Part shown: positions 48,145-61,604 of the stretch, one piece after another
Layout of the letters: each line of letters opens with the position of its first letter
How positions within the stretch are numbered: position 1 is the stretch's first letter
Source: Marsupella aquatica
Taxonomy: Eukaryota > Plantae > Marchantiophyta
Length of the DNA: 64,000 bases
Reading direction: 5' to 3'
Assembly (NCBI GenBank): GCA_973895155.1
Contig: OZ316894.1
Location: 24,364,709-24,428,708, forward strand
Position numbers and translations under genes: made by a program
Notes under the pieces: model-generated
What the model saw: only the letters and a program-made list of their open reading frames with translations
Told to the model about the DNA's origin: nothing
Database searches by the model: none

Positions 48145-51100
48145 ATGTCGATAGCACCCATGTTTGCTGGATGTGAAGTCTTGGACGAAGAGATGGCGGA
48201 CGTGAGTGGGGGAATGCAAGTGAGTGAGAGCATTGTTAAGGACGTGAGTGACAATTCAGGGACAATCGACAGAGCAATAACCGATGTTGAAGAGCACTGG
48301 AGCTCTGAAGACTCTGATTTCCTATTAGTCGATGAGTTGATCGCTGGTGAGGAGATGGATGTAGATAGTCCTGATTTATCAAATGTTTTTGATGAGTTAT
48401 CCAGAGAGAGTGCAACAGTCAATATCGTCACTGTTCTTGCTGAGAATTGTGTAAACATTCCTAACGACGGACAGATCGAGGCTACAGAGGCAACAAAGGT
48501 AAGCATGCCAGGGCTGCGGGCGCTCCCCGACCCTGGTTTAGCAGATGCAGGGAAAGGAAAGGAGAGACTTCCTTCAGAGAACAATGACAAGTGGGCCTCG
48601 AAGCGAGCTAACGACCTGAGGAAAGGGTTAGGTTGGGACATGTCTATAGGTTTAGGAGACTTGCCATTGAGGCAACTCGATGAGTTATTGAGTAACCTAT
48701 TTTCCAGAGTTGTTAAGGTCGATGGGACACCTTATCCCTCATCCACGCTTATGAACATGTGTAATGGATTCAATCGGATCATCAGAAGAGCGAGTGACAT
48801 CAGGTCCTTGACAGAACAGACAAATCTAGTTGAGAGAGACTTCAACATAAACTCTCATCCAGCATTTGCAAAAACGCGGATGGTTGTCGTTGCTGCAATA
48901 AAAAAAAGCGCGAAGGAAGGACTAAACAAGAAGAGGCTGAAAGTGAGTATTACTTGATTCATAAGCCTTTCGCACTTACTGTATTGTTTAGTCCTTCCGC
49001 ATACTGTTCTTTTAATTGAAGCAAAATCATCTGGCACCGATGGTAGTGCAATAGGTGCATTCTATGTAAAATCTTGTTGAATTCCTACCTCCAGCCGCAA
49101 ATGCTTTGTGCTCACTCTAGGCGACCGATAATCTTTGAGCTCCTTCGCATAGGCACGTCACTCAAGGTTGGTTTCCTGATGCACTGGAGGGGAGTTCATT
49201 GACACGAGGTTTAACTCCCGACAGAGAGCAGCTATCAGCTATCAAAATCGGTCTTGTCTAAGTCAGAAATGTGGAGAGCTTGTCCGAGACCGAATGGGGT
49301 CATCTCAGACAATTAATAGACCTTCTGACTTGGGAGTCATCCGAGAACAACGTTCAGGGCTTAAGCTACGATGTTTCTGCCAAAGATGTGGCTCGGTGTC
49401 GTACTTAACAGGGACTTGTGAGGACGCAGCTGACTCAGTCTTCCCAAGGTCGCTCATCCTTTGATTCCCTGTTCTCAATGTATCGATATACTAGAATTAG
49501 CAATGTGCACCACTATTCTCAATTTGCTAAGTCACAGACTTCAATTCACTAAAACAAAATAAAATCTAATCGTACGCAATGAGTGCCCGACTGAGTGGAA
49601 CAACTGGACGTGATGATCGATCCCGACTGAGTGGAACAACTGGACATGATGATCGATCGACTCAGCTATTCTGTGACCGCAAAGCTTGTAGGGGGATGGT
49701 CCATCGACTATCTGTCCTGGCTTTTGCCTGTGTTCTGGAGTTAGAGACTTCAATGCACTGTCTGATTTCTGATAGACTTTTGGTTGTGTTTTGTTGCAGT
49801 CGGAAATACTGACGGAAGAACACGAGAAAGCAATTTTGGCAGACATCGACCATCAAGTGACATCAAGCCATGGATGCCAAAAACGTTTGGCATTTTTTTT
49901 CCTTGTCAGGCTCGGTATTCGTGGAGGCATGGAACTGTGGAATTTACACAGAGATGATATTATTGTCTGCACTGATAGGTCTGGGAAGGAGTATGTGAAG
50001 TGAGTGCTCGATTGAAACCATGAATGAGTTTAATTGTTTGATGTTATATTTCCTCTTTCTCAAGACCCGCCCTGTGAGACTTCCCTGTAATAGAGCCTAT
50101 CCACGGGAGAATGGAACCTGCGGCTGACACTCTTTGGTTTGCGCACTCTTTCTAAGAGTTTTACTGATGTTCGTGTGGCAGATTTGAGGAGCGATTAAGT
50201 AAGAACAACAACTATAGCATGGATCGTTACAGTGAAGAGCAATTCAGAAATGTTTATCATAGTTACGAAGATGATTTTGTCATGACAGTAACACAATATA
50301 AGCGTCATCTGCCATGCCCTGAGGAGACAGAGAAGCCTGATTTGTTTATGCAGGCTATAACTAACCCTGTTAGCATTGTGTGGTACAATAAGTGTCAAAA
50401 AGTTGGGAAGGGGGCTGCAGGAGGTTGGCTGAAGAATATGGCGTTACTTGTGGGATTGCCCCCTGAAAATTTTACAAACCGAAGTGGGAGGGCAACATTA
50501 GTGACGCGCATGGCTGCCAAAGGAGTGCCTGACGAGGTAGGCATGGCCATAACTGGTCATCGCAGTACTGGAGGGTACAAGAGATACGATAGAACTCAAA
50601 AGTTGAAAATGGAAGCTGCAGCCTTAGTCTCCTCAAGTCCGAATGTGGATTATGGACAGGCACTAGCTCACGTGTCAAAATCTTTCGTGGAGGAGGAGTT
50701 AGTCGGTTCCTCTACAGCTTTGAAACCCTTGATTGACAGGGTGAGTGAGAAATTCAACATGCAATTGGCGTTGCAAAATGGAGTACAGGTGAGTACGTAC
50801 TGGATTTTGCAATCTATCACTTCCGAAAAATTACGGACTACCGCCTCATTTCGATAAGAATAACCTGTCTACAATTCTTCGTGAAGTTTGAACTACAAGA
50901 AAGAATTGTCGATCTTCCATGAATGCATCGATCTCTCAGCGGTCCAAGAAGTGAAATCGGCACGTCGCGAGGCGACAGAAGGATCTGTCTCTATCTCTGT
51001 CTCCGACCTTGTTTTTGACTCGCATAGTTTTTCAACTTGTACATTTTGTGTCTTGTTCGTCCTTAGGGGTTTTAGTGGAGAGGGGAAGAGCATCGCAGCT

Positions 51101-52801
51101 CTGTTTTCGGAAAGGTGTCTTTATGTATTATTGTCTGATTGTAAATTTGTGTTCAGCCGGAAAACAATGTCTAACCGACTATACCAGAATTGTTGACCAG
51201 AATAATTATCTGTTTTTCTTCTTGGATTATAGGGATCGAACACACCACAGAAGCAAGAGTTGGCAATAACACAGAACAACCAGGTGAGTTGTTGGTGAGG
51301 TGTTAGTAGTGAGGCTCTGTGTGGTTGGCATTTCAGACAAACGCCTGTCTTGAGGCATCGCCGTCAAGACACCTTCGCTCTTCAAAAGATTTACGTCAAA
51401 AGAGCTCTTCAAAAGTGTGTATCTATGGCTTCGGTCAATCTGCTCTGTGGTTTTTTTCTTGTGTGTGTCCACTTTACCTAGTCTCGGGAAGAGTTGGCGG
51501 TCGAAGAGAGTAGGAGAGGGGAGAGAGCTCAAGGTCATGTCCATGCAAACAGCGCTATGGGAGGTCGGTGACTGGTGTGACCTAAATCAAGACTCGGACT
51601 GGCTCTAGTGTCTGTCACATGTCAAAATAGGGCTCGTTAGGTTTCTGGTGTGTTTCTCTCCGCTTCGTTTTCATCTGGAAAGGATAGGAGGAGATGGTGT
51701 TCTTCCTCGGGGCAGGGGCTGTAGGGTGGCTGTGATGGAGCCTCGCTTTTGAGCTTATTCCGTGTTAGTGGGGCGAGTTTGATACCTGGGACTTCACAGC
51801 TAACTTTTGTCGGCAGTAGTACCGTGTTCCCTGATGTTTCCATGAGGGAAAGGCTATTCAAAGTTTTCATGTCTGCTGACAGTGTAGTATTGCGCTTTTA
51901 AGCGCAGGATTCCTTGTACGTTCGGTTTTAGGCACGGGTCTATTTGGTTCCTTTAATTGGAAGGATTTGGTGGTGTGGATTGGAGCTCGGTAGTCCGGGT
52001 CCTTCCGTTCTTCCTTTCATATTACCTTTCAGGAGTCTGCCTTGCAGTAGTCTGGTGATTTTGATTAGCTTGGTTCCCAGTGCATCGCGTCGAGCGGAGA
52101 TTTTTTTTGTTGTCTCAATAATCATACATGTCTCAGCTATAATATCTGCCGTAATCATCTAGTGATTTCAAGTAGATTTTGTTTTCGGATTGACCTACTT
52201 GTAATTGACTTCCATGTTTCTTCTTTTTTGTGTCTTTCTTTCCTCAGCTCTTCAAAAGATCGTGTGTGCTATTACGTCCTTATTCTGAACCAAGCCCCTA
52301 AATTGTGATCGACTTGGCTGGGATTGTGCAATCGAAGTCATAGTGACAGTTGTGTGAAAATTATAAAATTAGGGTAAGATTTTGCCTTGCTCGCCCCGGG
52401 TAGCCTCGTAAAACTACGACAACCATTTTTGAAGTCCAAAGAATAAAGTAAGGCAGGTGCAGAGGGAGAGTATGTGACCCGAATGAAATTGCCCCGTAGA
52501 GCTTATTAATTAATTTTGTACTTTTGGCTATTCTCAACAGTCAAACTCAAATGCTGTGAAGGTGTTGCAGGCAAAGAGGGACGAGTCAGAAATTCCTTAC
52601 TATGATGATGGTTTTGACTACGAGAGTGAATTTGCCAAGGATCCGATCCTTTACAAACGAATGTGCGGGAGGGCGTTTAAAAGGCCTAACGTGTCTGTGA
52701 AGAACAGCTTGACAGGGAACCAATTTCACAATTGTTCCGTCACAATCAAGATTGTGCAGCCTACTAAGGAGGAGGAGGAGAAGGAGAATATGACATTATG
52801 A
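48145..52801 (+). CDS. Tyrosine recombinase of DUF3504/Crypton type; exons 48145-48942, 49800-49999, 50182-50788, 51233-51283, 52571-52801 (start and last two exons tentative)
   Basis: LDELLSNLFSRVVKVDGTPYPSSTL (SAM-like), catalytic R in LGIRGGMEL, K in SKNN, TNRSGRAT, TGHRS, Y in YKRYDR, C-terminal FHNCSVTIKI; spliced frame is open with GT-AG introns; possible extra first exon 47925-47966 joined to 48112. Confidence 0.85.
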
Positions 52802-52844
52802 ATTTAGACTTTGGCAGTGAAGAAGTCAGATATGATAGTTTTGA

Positions 52845-52956
52845 CAATAAAACTTTAGGATTAGCTCAATAGACAGATCATGAATCTGCGTAGGTTTGAT
52901 AGATTTGGCAATAAAACTTTAGGATTAGCTCAGTAGACAGATCATGAATCTGCGTA
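52845..52956. repeat. 48-bp direct duplication (period 64) downstream of the YR stop
   Basis: caataaaactttaggattagctca(a/g)tagacagatcatgaatctgcgta occurs twice. Confidence 0.9.
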
Positions 52957-53189
52957 CGTTTTCAGTTCCTATCTACTATAATAGGCCAGACAGATGAGTC
53001 ATGTATGACATGTCACTACAATTTAAAGTGTAGCAATGAGGCCTACAAATAAAGTGAAAATTTCTTCAAAAAATGTTACTTTCATTGGGCATGAGTCTCA
53101 CAAAATCTGTCGTACTTGTTGTCCACTATTCATTGACTGATGCCACCTACTTCCATGCGCTGGCTGCACCTTTCAAAATTGAAAGATAT

Positions 53190-53325
53190 TGTGTCAGGAT
53201 GTAAATTTACACAAAGACATTTTGTCAGGACTCAAAATTACGCTGTCAGGAAGCAAACTTATAGTGTCAGAAAGCAAACTTACGGTGTCAGGCAGTAAAC
53301 TCACAAGAAAGTGGTTGTGTCAGCC
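53190..53325. repeat. Cluster of six TGTCAG-core repeats (~21-bp spacing in the middle), subterminal in the YR element
   Basis: gtgtcaggatgtaaatttac, tgtcaggactcaaaattac, tgtcaggaagcaaacttat, gtgtcagaaagcaaacttac, gtgtcaggcagtaaactcac, gtgtcagcc. Confidence 0.8.
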
Positions 53326-53657
53326 ACCAACATTATGCAAATGGTGAGGTCCGCCAGATCCTTTCACCAGACGGTAACATGGACTATAGACCAAGATTAC
53401 GTTCTGTGTTGAAAAATTGGACAAAAGTACACTCTGGTCTATGTCTAATAATCCATAGTCACCAAAACCCATGCCTCACAAAATAACGTTCTGGGCGTTC
53501 AGTTGGGCCACAGTTCAGTGCAACACAACGCTGTCTAGCTTGCACCTACTAACTCCAGTAAATTCATTGTCTTCAGACATCACATCTAATGCCCTTCATC
53601 CATCTCATCCCGTGTGGGCCTACTCTAGAAACACCCCTTTGACGACTTCCAATCCTT

Positions 53658-56600
53658 TCACCAAAACTTCAGGCGTAACCCGAAAAACTCCACCACAGCC
53701 ATTCCTCCAACAAGAGTTGCGAGGTACCCAACCAAGATAAGCATGGCCATTACAGAAGACGCAGAGATGGTGTCCACAGTCACATTCACCAGGCCTGTTA
53801 GAATATTGCCCTGTTGAAGAAGACAGCACAACAGTTTCACCAGTTGAAGTGAATTTATCAGGATAAGAATGTTGCATCGGCTCAGTAATATCACTTAAAC
53901 CCCTATACTCTTCAAGAAAAACCGGCGTAGTGAGGCTGAACGTAATGGAATCTGTCCTCGAGAAACCCATAACGAGTATAATCATTGAAATACCGAAGCG
54001 AACCAGTTGTGTACGAGCTTGCTTCAGGAAGTTTGAACATGTGGACAGAGGCCCAACCTATCTATCCTCGAGTCAGAAGTAATAAACATACCAATAGGAA
54101 AGTAGGTAGCAAGTTGTGATCAAAGATCTGTAGAAGAAGCATTTGCTTAGATGGAAGAAGCGCATCCGCGGTAATAAATATGGCTATGACCTGCACCACA
54201 ACGTTCCTACCTCGAATTGAGATTCCTCCATAAGCCAGAAGAAAGGTTTGGAAATAAATCATAGTAAAATGAAACTTGGCTTGAAGAAAAGCACCCTCCG
54301 CGTCGTTTGCAAATATCTACGGTAAAATTAGTAAGCTAGGAATGAATATTTGTACCTCCAGGTTCATAGCAAAAACAAACATCACGTACGAAAGGTTGCA
54401 CTGCCAACAACCAAATTCAGTATAAGGAATAGGAGAAAAGTACGCTTAAAGTTCTATCGATCATTTTGCAAAAGCAATAAAACAGGTAGCAGTTAAAGTT
54501 AGTACCATATTGGCAGGCCGCCAAATCCAGTTTTTCACCGATTGACCTGTGTCTATTATTGACAACAATTTGAACATGCACCATCTACTTTAGATCTTTG
54601 AAGCTCAAACGCTTGACTAATATACGGGGATTGGGTGAAACTTAAATTTGACTGGATTAGAGCAATGACGGGCTCGGAAAGCTAAGGCAGAATTGGCACT
54701 AGTCACCTTACCAAGGTTAGCTCCGATTTCAACAAAACTTAAACTACAAACCAATAATGCAAGCAATCTGTTGAGAGAACTTCGGCTGGCAGCTATGACG
54801 ATAGATCCACTAGTCAAGAAGGTATGATCAGAGTTGCACTGCTCACTAGTTCTAAAACCAGAAGATCAGGCGAGATAGTACGGGTGGTCCTATTGTTGTT
54901 CTTGCTGAAAGGTTACCAGGTGATGTTAAATACTACCTTTTTGGCATCACAAACAAATACCTAGACATGAAGTACCTTCTCTGCACCTCGGTACTGAATG
55001 GCATTCCTAGAGCGAAAGGAACAGGGCGTCATTATGACCGGGTAAGCGCAGTCATTGAGCACAGCCAGAGTGTAGAGTTTATGGTTGAGTGCAAAGTTTT
55101 TACCATGCGACGCGAAATTCTTTCGATGTATAGATCTCCAAAAACAGCAAGGGACCTACAAAATTACAAATCAATTAGGTCTCGACGATTCCTCCCTCCT
55201 ACTTGTCAAAAGCCGTGTTTCGATTCAGCACTCAATTTCTGTAAACAAGACAAGATCATGACAAAATCTGGAAGAATGGAGATCGCAGAAATGCAACCCT
55301 TTGGTATTTGGAATTACCACAAGATAGCATCGAGAACCCAAACATCAATTGCGACTGACCAGGGAACTGTCCCTGTTATTCTCCTTTTTCTTCCAGTCTT
55401 AGTAGATATATCATCATTTCGATACAGCGTTCTTTCTGGAGGAAAAAGAAGATAGTGACCCAGTTGCACACTGATAAGATAGATACTCCAGTACCCTGCC
55501 AGATCAACGTAAAAAGCTTTATTGAGGAAAATGCAGCGGAAACTTGATGCCATTATCATAACGACAGTGATTTACTTGTGGGGAATTACTCCTGCTTCAA
55601 CTGCAACAGCCAAGACTAAACGCAGGATCTGAAATGTGCAAAGATGTGGGCTGTGGATTTACCAAAGATGCTGAAAATGCCTTCTTTGTTGAGGCTGACC
55701 AGGCTGGGGCCACGTTCAGGTGAAAGCAGGTACTCATTCAAACCAGAAGATAAAATTGTCTGGTACACTGCCACATAGACTCTTATAAGACGAAAACTCC
55801 GACTTCGTCTTTGAAGCAAGCCCAACTTTCTTGAAGGGGAATGAACAGAAGTGCAGTAGTCTAACAATTAAATTGTATATGAATGTGTAAAGCCTTCATC
55901 ATGCATGAGCTGCTCCTAAGCGTTCTGTTTCAAGTAGTGTTTATCATCAAATCGTGGCCGGGGAAAGGAATTCTCGATAGACCTCATCAAAGCGTGAAAA
56001 TAAAGAAACCCTACACTAGCACCAATACCTCCGAGAATAATCACTCCCAAGGCTCCACAGTAAGAGGCAGGAACATGGACTAAAGAGGTCAAGAGTGCCA
56101 CTCCTGCAAGAGTGAAGAAAAAATTCCAGTGCACCCCATACTCTGCAACATGCTCCTGTGCCACATCAGAAAGAAAGCTAGAGCAGACCATAATGAAGAA
56201 ATGAACAGAACTCGAAGGGCCCATGCAGTAATTGACCCGACAAACCAAAGAAATAATTGTGTCTTCGCAAAGGGACACATCTGATGAACTCTTCACGATT
56301 CAAAAATTACATAAAATTCTAATTCTAATGAAAGTAAAAAAGTTGCAATTTGTTTAAAAGCTCACTCTTTGCATGAAAAGCAGACTAGAAGATATCGTGC
56401 ACTTGCACAGCACATTTGCTTCACTACAACTACAGTAACAACAATTCAAGCAAGCTTCGAATAAGGTGCCCCATAGGAACTGAATTGACAATATTTACAA
56501 GAGAAGCTTTCCATAGTCCATAGCACAACAGTTTGAGACAAACCTGATAATCGACACCCTTGGTCAATATGAGCCTGGAAAATGCAAGCACTAGTAGAGG

Positions 56601-59541
56601 ACACGTGTTGCGGAGCACCCCTCCATTCTTCCTGTGCTGGCAATTCATCCTATATTAGCTCTATTCCCTGGCTTGCAAAACAATAAACTGGGATAACCTT
56701 GCTAACACCAAGTTAACACCTATACCTATCATCTATCGGGACTGAAAGAAAGCATTAGCAGACACACTGCACCTAAGATATAGTACCAAAACGAACTGAT
56801 GATCTGAAATGAAAGATGGGGATCACTTACGAGGGAGGCAATTCTCGTGCCTGCCTTGAAACGAGGCCATTGGCAACGACAAATGACCCAACTCCTACAT
56901 CCATCTGCTAGCCAATCAACTACGACTTAGTACCATTGCTTGCTGCCCAAAATTGATCACTAGAAGCAACAGTCAGTTGGAAATGCTTCTTTCTTCGTGT
57001 ACCTGATTTGCCCTACATGCAATACCCTGACCATTAAATATCTGCTTTACACAAGCTGCATGATACTTTCCTCGTCCCAAATCGACTGTATCCAACCTGA
57101 GCTCTTCGACTTAAATACCAAATTGAACTGCCTGAGAACTGATCAAACTTAGACCCGAAACCTATCTAATTCCGCATTGTGAGCTCAATAGTCCATGAAT
57201 GAAGCTGGCAGACACATCAATATGAATAAGTGATCCAGGAAGTATCCATCAAAAAGCGCCATAAACACTGACAGAATTCCAGGATCATACTCACCAGCCC
57301 AGTCCCATAGGTCTCTGTTTTCGCATATCGTCTTGGGAAGACGTTAAAATCCACAGCAAGGATGCTCACACATGTCACCAACATCTGCACGTACTCACTT
57401 CAATGTAATATCAACGTAAGAATATGATACAAAGAACTCTGTTAATTCGAAAACCGAGCCACGGAAAACCAGAGACTCCTCAAAGAAGGGAAATAGATCC
57501 GGGTTTCCTCTATCGTTGTGTTGGATTACCATGGTAAATCTGAAAGATGACAAAAACGTTTTGCGAAAGTTTGAATTGTGGTCTAGTTGTTGAGAAGTTG
57601 GCTCCATACCTCCTTGCGAACTAAACCTACACAACGCGCACTATCAGGTTCAATTCCACATTTCCACTTTTAGCATCATCTAGGCAAGCCAAAATTCAAG
57701 ACATGCAACAGATCTTCGTGGAACGTAGAAGTGTCAAAGTAGATCGCAAATTGCAAATCACGCCAAGACCATATCATGCACAAAACCGTGATCAAGCGTT
57801 ACAATACTCGGATTGAAGACGTCCCCTGATGGGAACAAACTGTAGACTCAACCTATACAACCATTTGTTTCTTGGCAAAACGGAAGTCAGAAAGTAACCT
57901 CCACAGGCCGGCAATGCCTACTAGTATGAGGCACAGACAAACTGTTGTTACAAGGTACACCCAATCTGCAAGGACCTGCACGGAACAGATATATCATATA
58001 AACTGCAAGTACAGTACTCTATTTTATGCCAAAGAGCATCCTCTTGGTCAACTCCATAGTGGACAAATCGCTCCAAATCATCAGCGTAAGTCAACCATTC
58101 AGGAGAACAGGGACGATGATCTAGAAACTTCCATTCAAAGATTACCTTTACGTGTTATTAAGGAACGGGCTCTATGTAACTGAACTTACTGTCCAAGCAC
58201 GAATCAAGAATGACTTACACGACACCATCACCAAAACAAAACAATAACCCACAAAGAAGAGACGTTCGACGCGTACCGTTAGACAAGCAATTGTAGGAAG
58301 ACCTACAAAAACGACGTCCTTCACCAGCATGATCACGTATGCTTTGCCATCCCTGCCCTTGTCTTTCTGCTCATTGTGGCAAATACTGTTGCTTACATAG
58401 TTTGCCTTTGATGCTACACACAACCGGAGAAATTCGTTAGGAAGCGCAATGACCTTGTTCGGAAGACTCTGGTCACTTTTCTACTGGTGCAATCTACTCT
58501 TCAAGTACATTTACGAGCGACGTGAAAAGATGCGTCCCTGTAACAACTAAGATGTGCAGACTTGCTCGGAAGCTTTGCCTAGGTTTGGCTTTCTTGAAAA
58601 CTAACAATCTGGACAGAGAATAGCTTAAACCATCAGCAGGATTACAAAAATACCCTTCCCAACGGTGTCGTACAGAGTGAGGACTATTAACATACTAAAA
58701 GTGCTACACTCAAGTTCTGGTAATTCTGGGCTGAATTCTTCCAGAGCAAACAATTGAAATAGTGTAAAACTTACTCTTTGACCCAACTTCCCTACTTTGA
58801 ATAAACCTACAGATTGGGCAAGTTTGTACATTCCACTTAGGACTTTCAAGGAATCGTATAGTATCTCTCAGTTATTCTTTGAAAATCCAACATGACAAAC
58901 GTGAAGAACGTGACGTATTATACTGGTCTTACATCCAGCAACTCTTACTGCACAATTCGGGAAAAGACATTACCGGATAGAAGAAGGTCAAATAGTTGGC
59001 GCAGAAGCACAAATATCTGAGCCGCCACAAGATGCAAGTCCAGTGCAGAGTCAGAGGAGCAGGGAAGACCAGCCAGAATATTTTGAAGCGCAAAATTATG
59101 GCCCTATCGAGAAGAGAACCTGCTCAAATTGGATTACTCTACATCCCTTCATTGCAAGTAAGAGCTCAATACTGATACAACAAAAGAAAAGTGCGTACGA
59201 CATTTGCTTTATCATCTAGGTACCACAGAATGACGTACCGGAACAATAGCTGACAAAGCTGCAATCTCCAACATTGTGGAGCCACGTAAATTACTCACAA
59301 ATCTTCAAGCAAAGTTGCAGAGTAATTTTAGATCCAGGGAAAATACTAAATTTTTGTGGTTCCAATTGATGCAAGTGGGGGCCGACCGAAAGAGAGTCAA
59401 TAGAATTCAAATATGATGATCACCTTCCCGAACCAGCATGCAATCCATTACAAATATTGCTTTGGAAAAGTTGCTCACGCACTCTTGTTTGCGTTCTTTG
59501 AGCCCGAAACCAGCAAGTCCAATTTCATCTGAAGTCTCCAT
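53658..59541 (-). CDS. PIGW: GPI inositol acyltransferase PIG-W/GWT1, many short exons
   Basis: Exon peptides [70 protein letters not shown]|[36 protein letters not shown]|[14 protein letters not shown]...LRLKFW*; ATG at 59541-59539. Confidence 0.93.
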
Positions 59542-61604
59542 GGCCCCCAGCCAATGATTCCCGAGCTAGTGCGGGGCTCTACAGGATTCCTTCCTTCCGT
59601 CCCTCCTGTCCGCAGGACAAACACCGGGTGACACAGGGAAACATACTAATGTAGCATATTATATGAGGCATGATGTTTGGATGAGAGCCTCACAAGGGGT
59701 TACAAGCTTAGGTCTGACCACATAGCATATATGTGATAACTTGTACAACAAAGACAGCAAAGTACACAAACTTCTCAGATAGCCGATCAATGCTGAAGAA
59801 ATAAATGAAAGAAACAGGACCCCTCAGCTCCTACATATTCGCAATTACATGCTCCAGAAGTAAAGCTCAGGAACTCCAACCAACAGCAAATCTATCGACC
59901 CAAACGCCACAATACGACTAAAGCAACCAACACCACACAAGTTGCATTAACTTCTTGGGACGGAAACGATGGACAAAAAGCTAACATGCCATGCACCCTT
60001 TGACTTTTGGATCGTCACATCTCAAGTGAAGCAGTCCTCATTCTACGTGGACACCTCCACCAAATTTCGAGAGACAAACGCAGGACCTGATTTCTACGTC
60101 TGAAGCTTCCAAGGCGAGTCATAGTTCCTATATCAAGGACAGTGCTCACATATAAAATCGGTAAATTGGTTTTCCGGGTGTTCACCAATTTCTATGATAC
60201 AGAATGCACGGCAAAACACAGATTGTCGACAGGTAGCATCAACGATAAATTTATGTTGGAAAAAACCCTAGACTTCAACAGATGAAGACGCCATACATTC
60301 TAGATCAAGCACTATTGTCAGGATCAAGCATTATTGTCAGGGACACCACAGAATAGCTTATGTTGAATGACCACTTCTACTACAGGAGACACGAACACCC
60401 GAAACCCAACTGAAGTGGAGAAAAACAAGGTTGGAAAGGAGCCGGACAGTCCTCGACCTCTCAGAGAGCGCTTGGTAAGGCCTCCGATCGAGATAACTGA
60501 GTCGCAACCCTATAATCGTCTTGGCCGATTGCAAAGCCTCGCCGCTTGACTGATTCTCTTGCAACTGAACCTCAGCCTCAGCAAGCACATTTTGCCATTT
60601 TCCTCTCGTCTCGTGCAGCTCAAGATCTTCTTCCTCCACCCATCATCAACTCACTGCTCCATACATTGCGAAATGTGTCCCAATTCCTTCTGCAAAATTA
60701 TGAAGTTTCAGGTGCCCCAATTGGCGTCTCTTCACAAACTCTCCCAATTATGATTTTCAGCCAATTTTAGTTTTCAGCTGTAGACATTGGGTCAAGTGTT
60801 TTATGAAAGGTTTTGTACACAGGCACTGTGGGGAACTGTCTCCTACACCAGCTTAGGAGAATTGGCGAGCTTGGGTAGGCTAGAACGAGATGGGGCGGGG
60901 AGGCACATTACATGCACATTAAGGATTTGGCGAATTGAGTTTATGCAGGGCAAGGTGGCAAAGTGGAATGAGCCCAATGTAATGTTGTGAACTCCCTTTG
61001 TCTACTTGTCCAAAGTTGTCACATTATGGTCTTCTCATTTTGGTCCAAACAGAACTCCTTCTCACTTGGAGAGAAAGACATCCCAAAGCCCTTCCAGCAT
61101 TTTAAGCCCTATTCAAATCTTGGGCAGTGCAACCTATAGAGGATGATTAACTTGGGGGGATGATTAACTCAAGGTGGATTCTGTGAGCAAAGATGTACCT
61201 CGCAAGAGCATGCACATGACAAATAGTCAACATAGTGAGATATGTGGTTCACTTTCTTTGATGAGACTATGTCAATAGAAACACATAAGAACTATATTGC
61301 ACTCTAGACCCATCAACAACATCAAGTCTCATTGTTACGGAACCACTTGAAAGATATGTAACCACAGATTTTTGACCCACAACCCTTGCACAAACCAGCC
61401 TGTACATAGTCGTGGAACTCGACTACCTCAACACTTAGCTCCGGCTTCACTGACTCCAACGCCGAGCTCCCCTATGGTCTAGGCCCGGAACGGTCATCGG
61501 GGGAGGACTTAGCATGGGGGGACTCTTGGGCAATGGGGCGTGGCATTAGCGAAGGCAATGCGCTACGCTGGTGACACACACTAAGGACTTAGACTAGCTG
61601 AGGG

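Larger units (their letters stand above)
47158..53517 (+). mobile_element. Crypton-like tyrosine-recombinase DNA element
   Basis: Single YR gene, no RT/RNase H; direct repeat 47158-47281 / 53410-53517; inverted repeat 47525-47555 / 53372-53402. Confidence 0.7.

Noticed and set aside
47856-48641. 261-aa minus-strand ORF
   Set aside because: Antisense to the acidic N-terminal exon of the recombinase; Ser-rich with no motif
47158-53517. DIRS/Ngaro retrotransposon or Starship-like giant element
   Set aside because: No RT/RNase H/gag; flanking genes are ordinary housekeeping genes and the bounded unit is only ~6.4 kb with no cargo
60358-60639. 93-aa coiled-coil-like ORF upstream of PIG-W
   Set aside because: No recognisable family; may be UTR or promoter sequence
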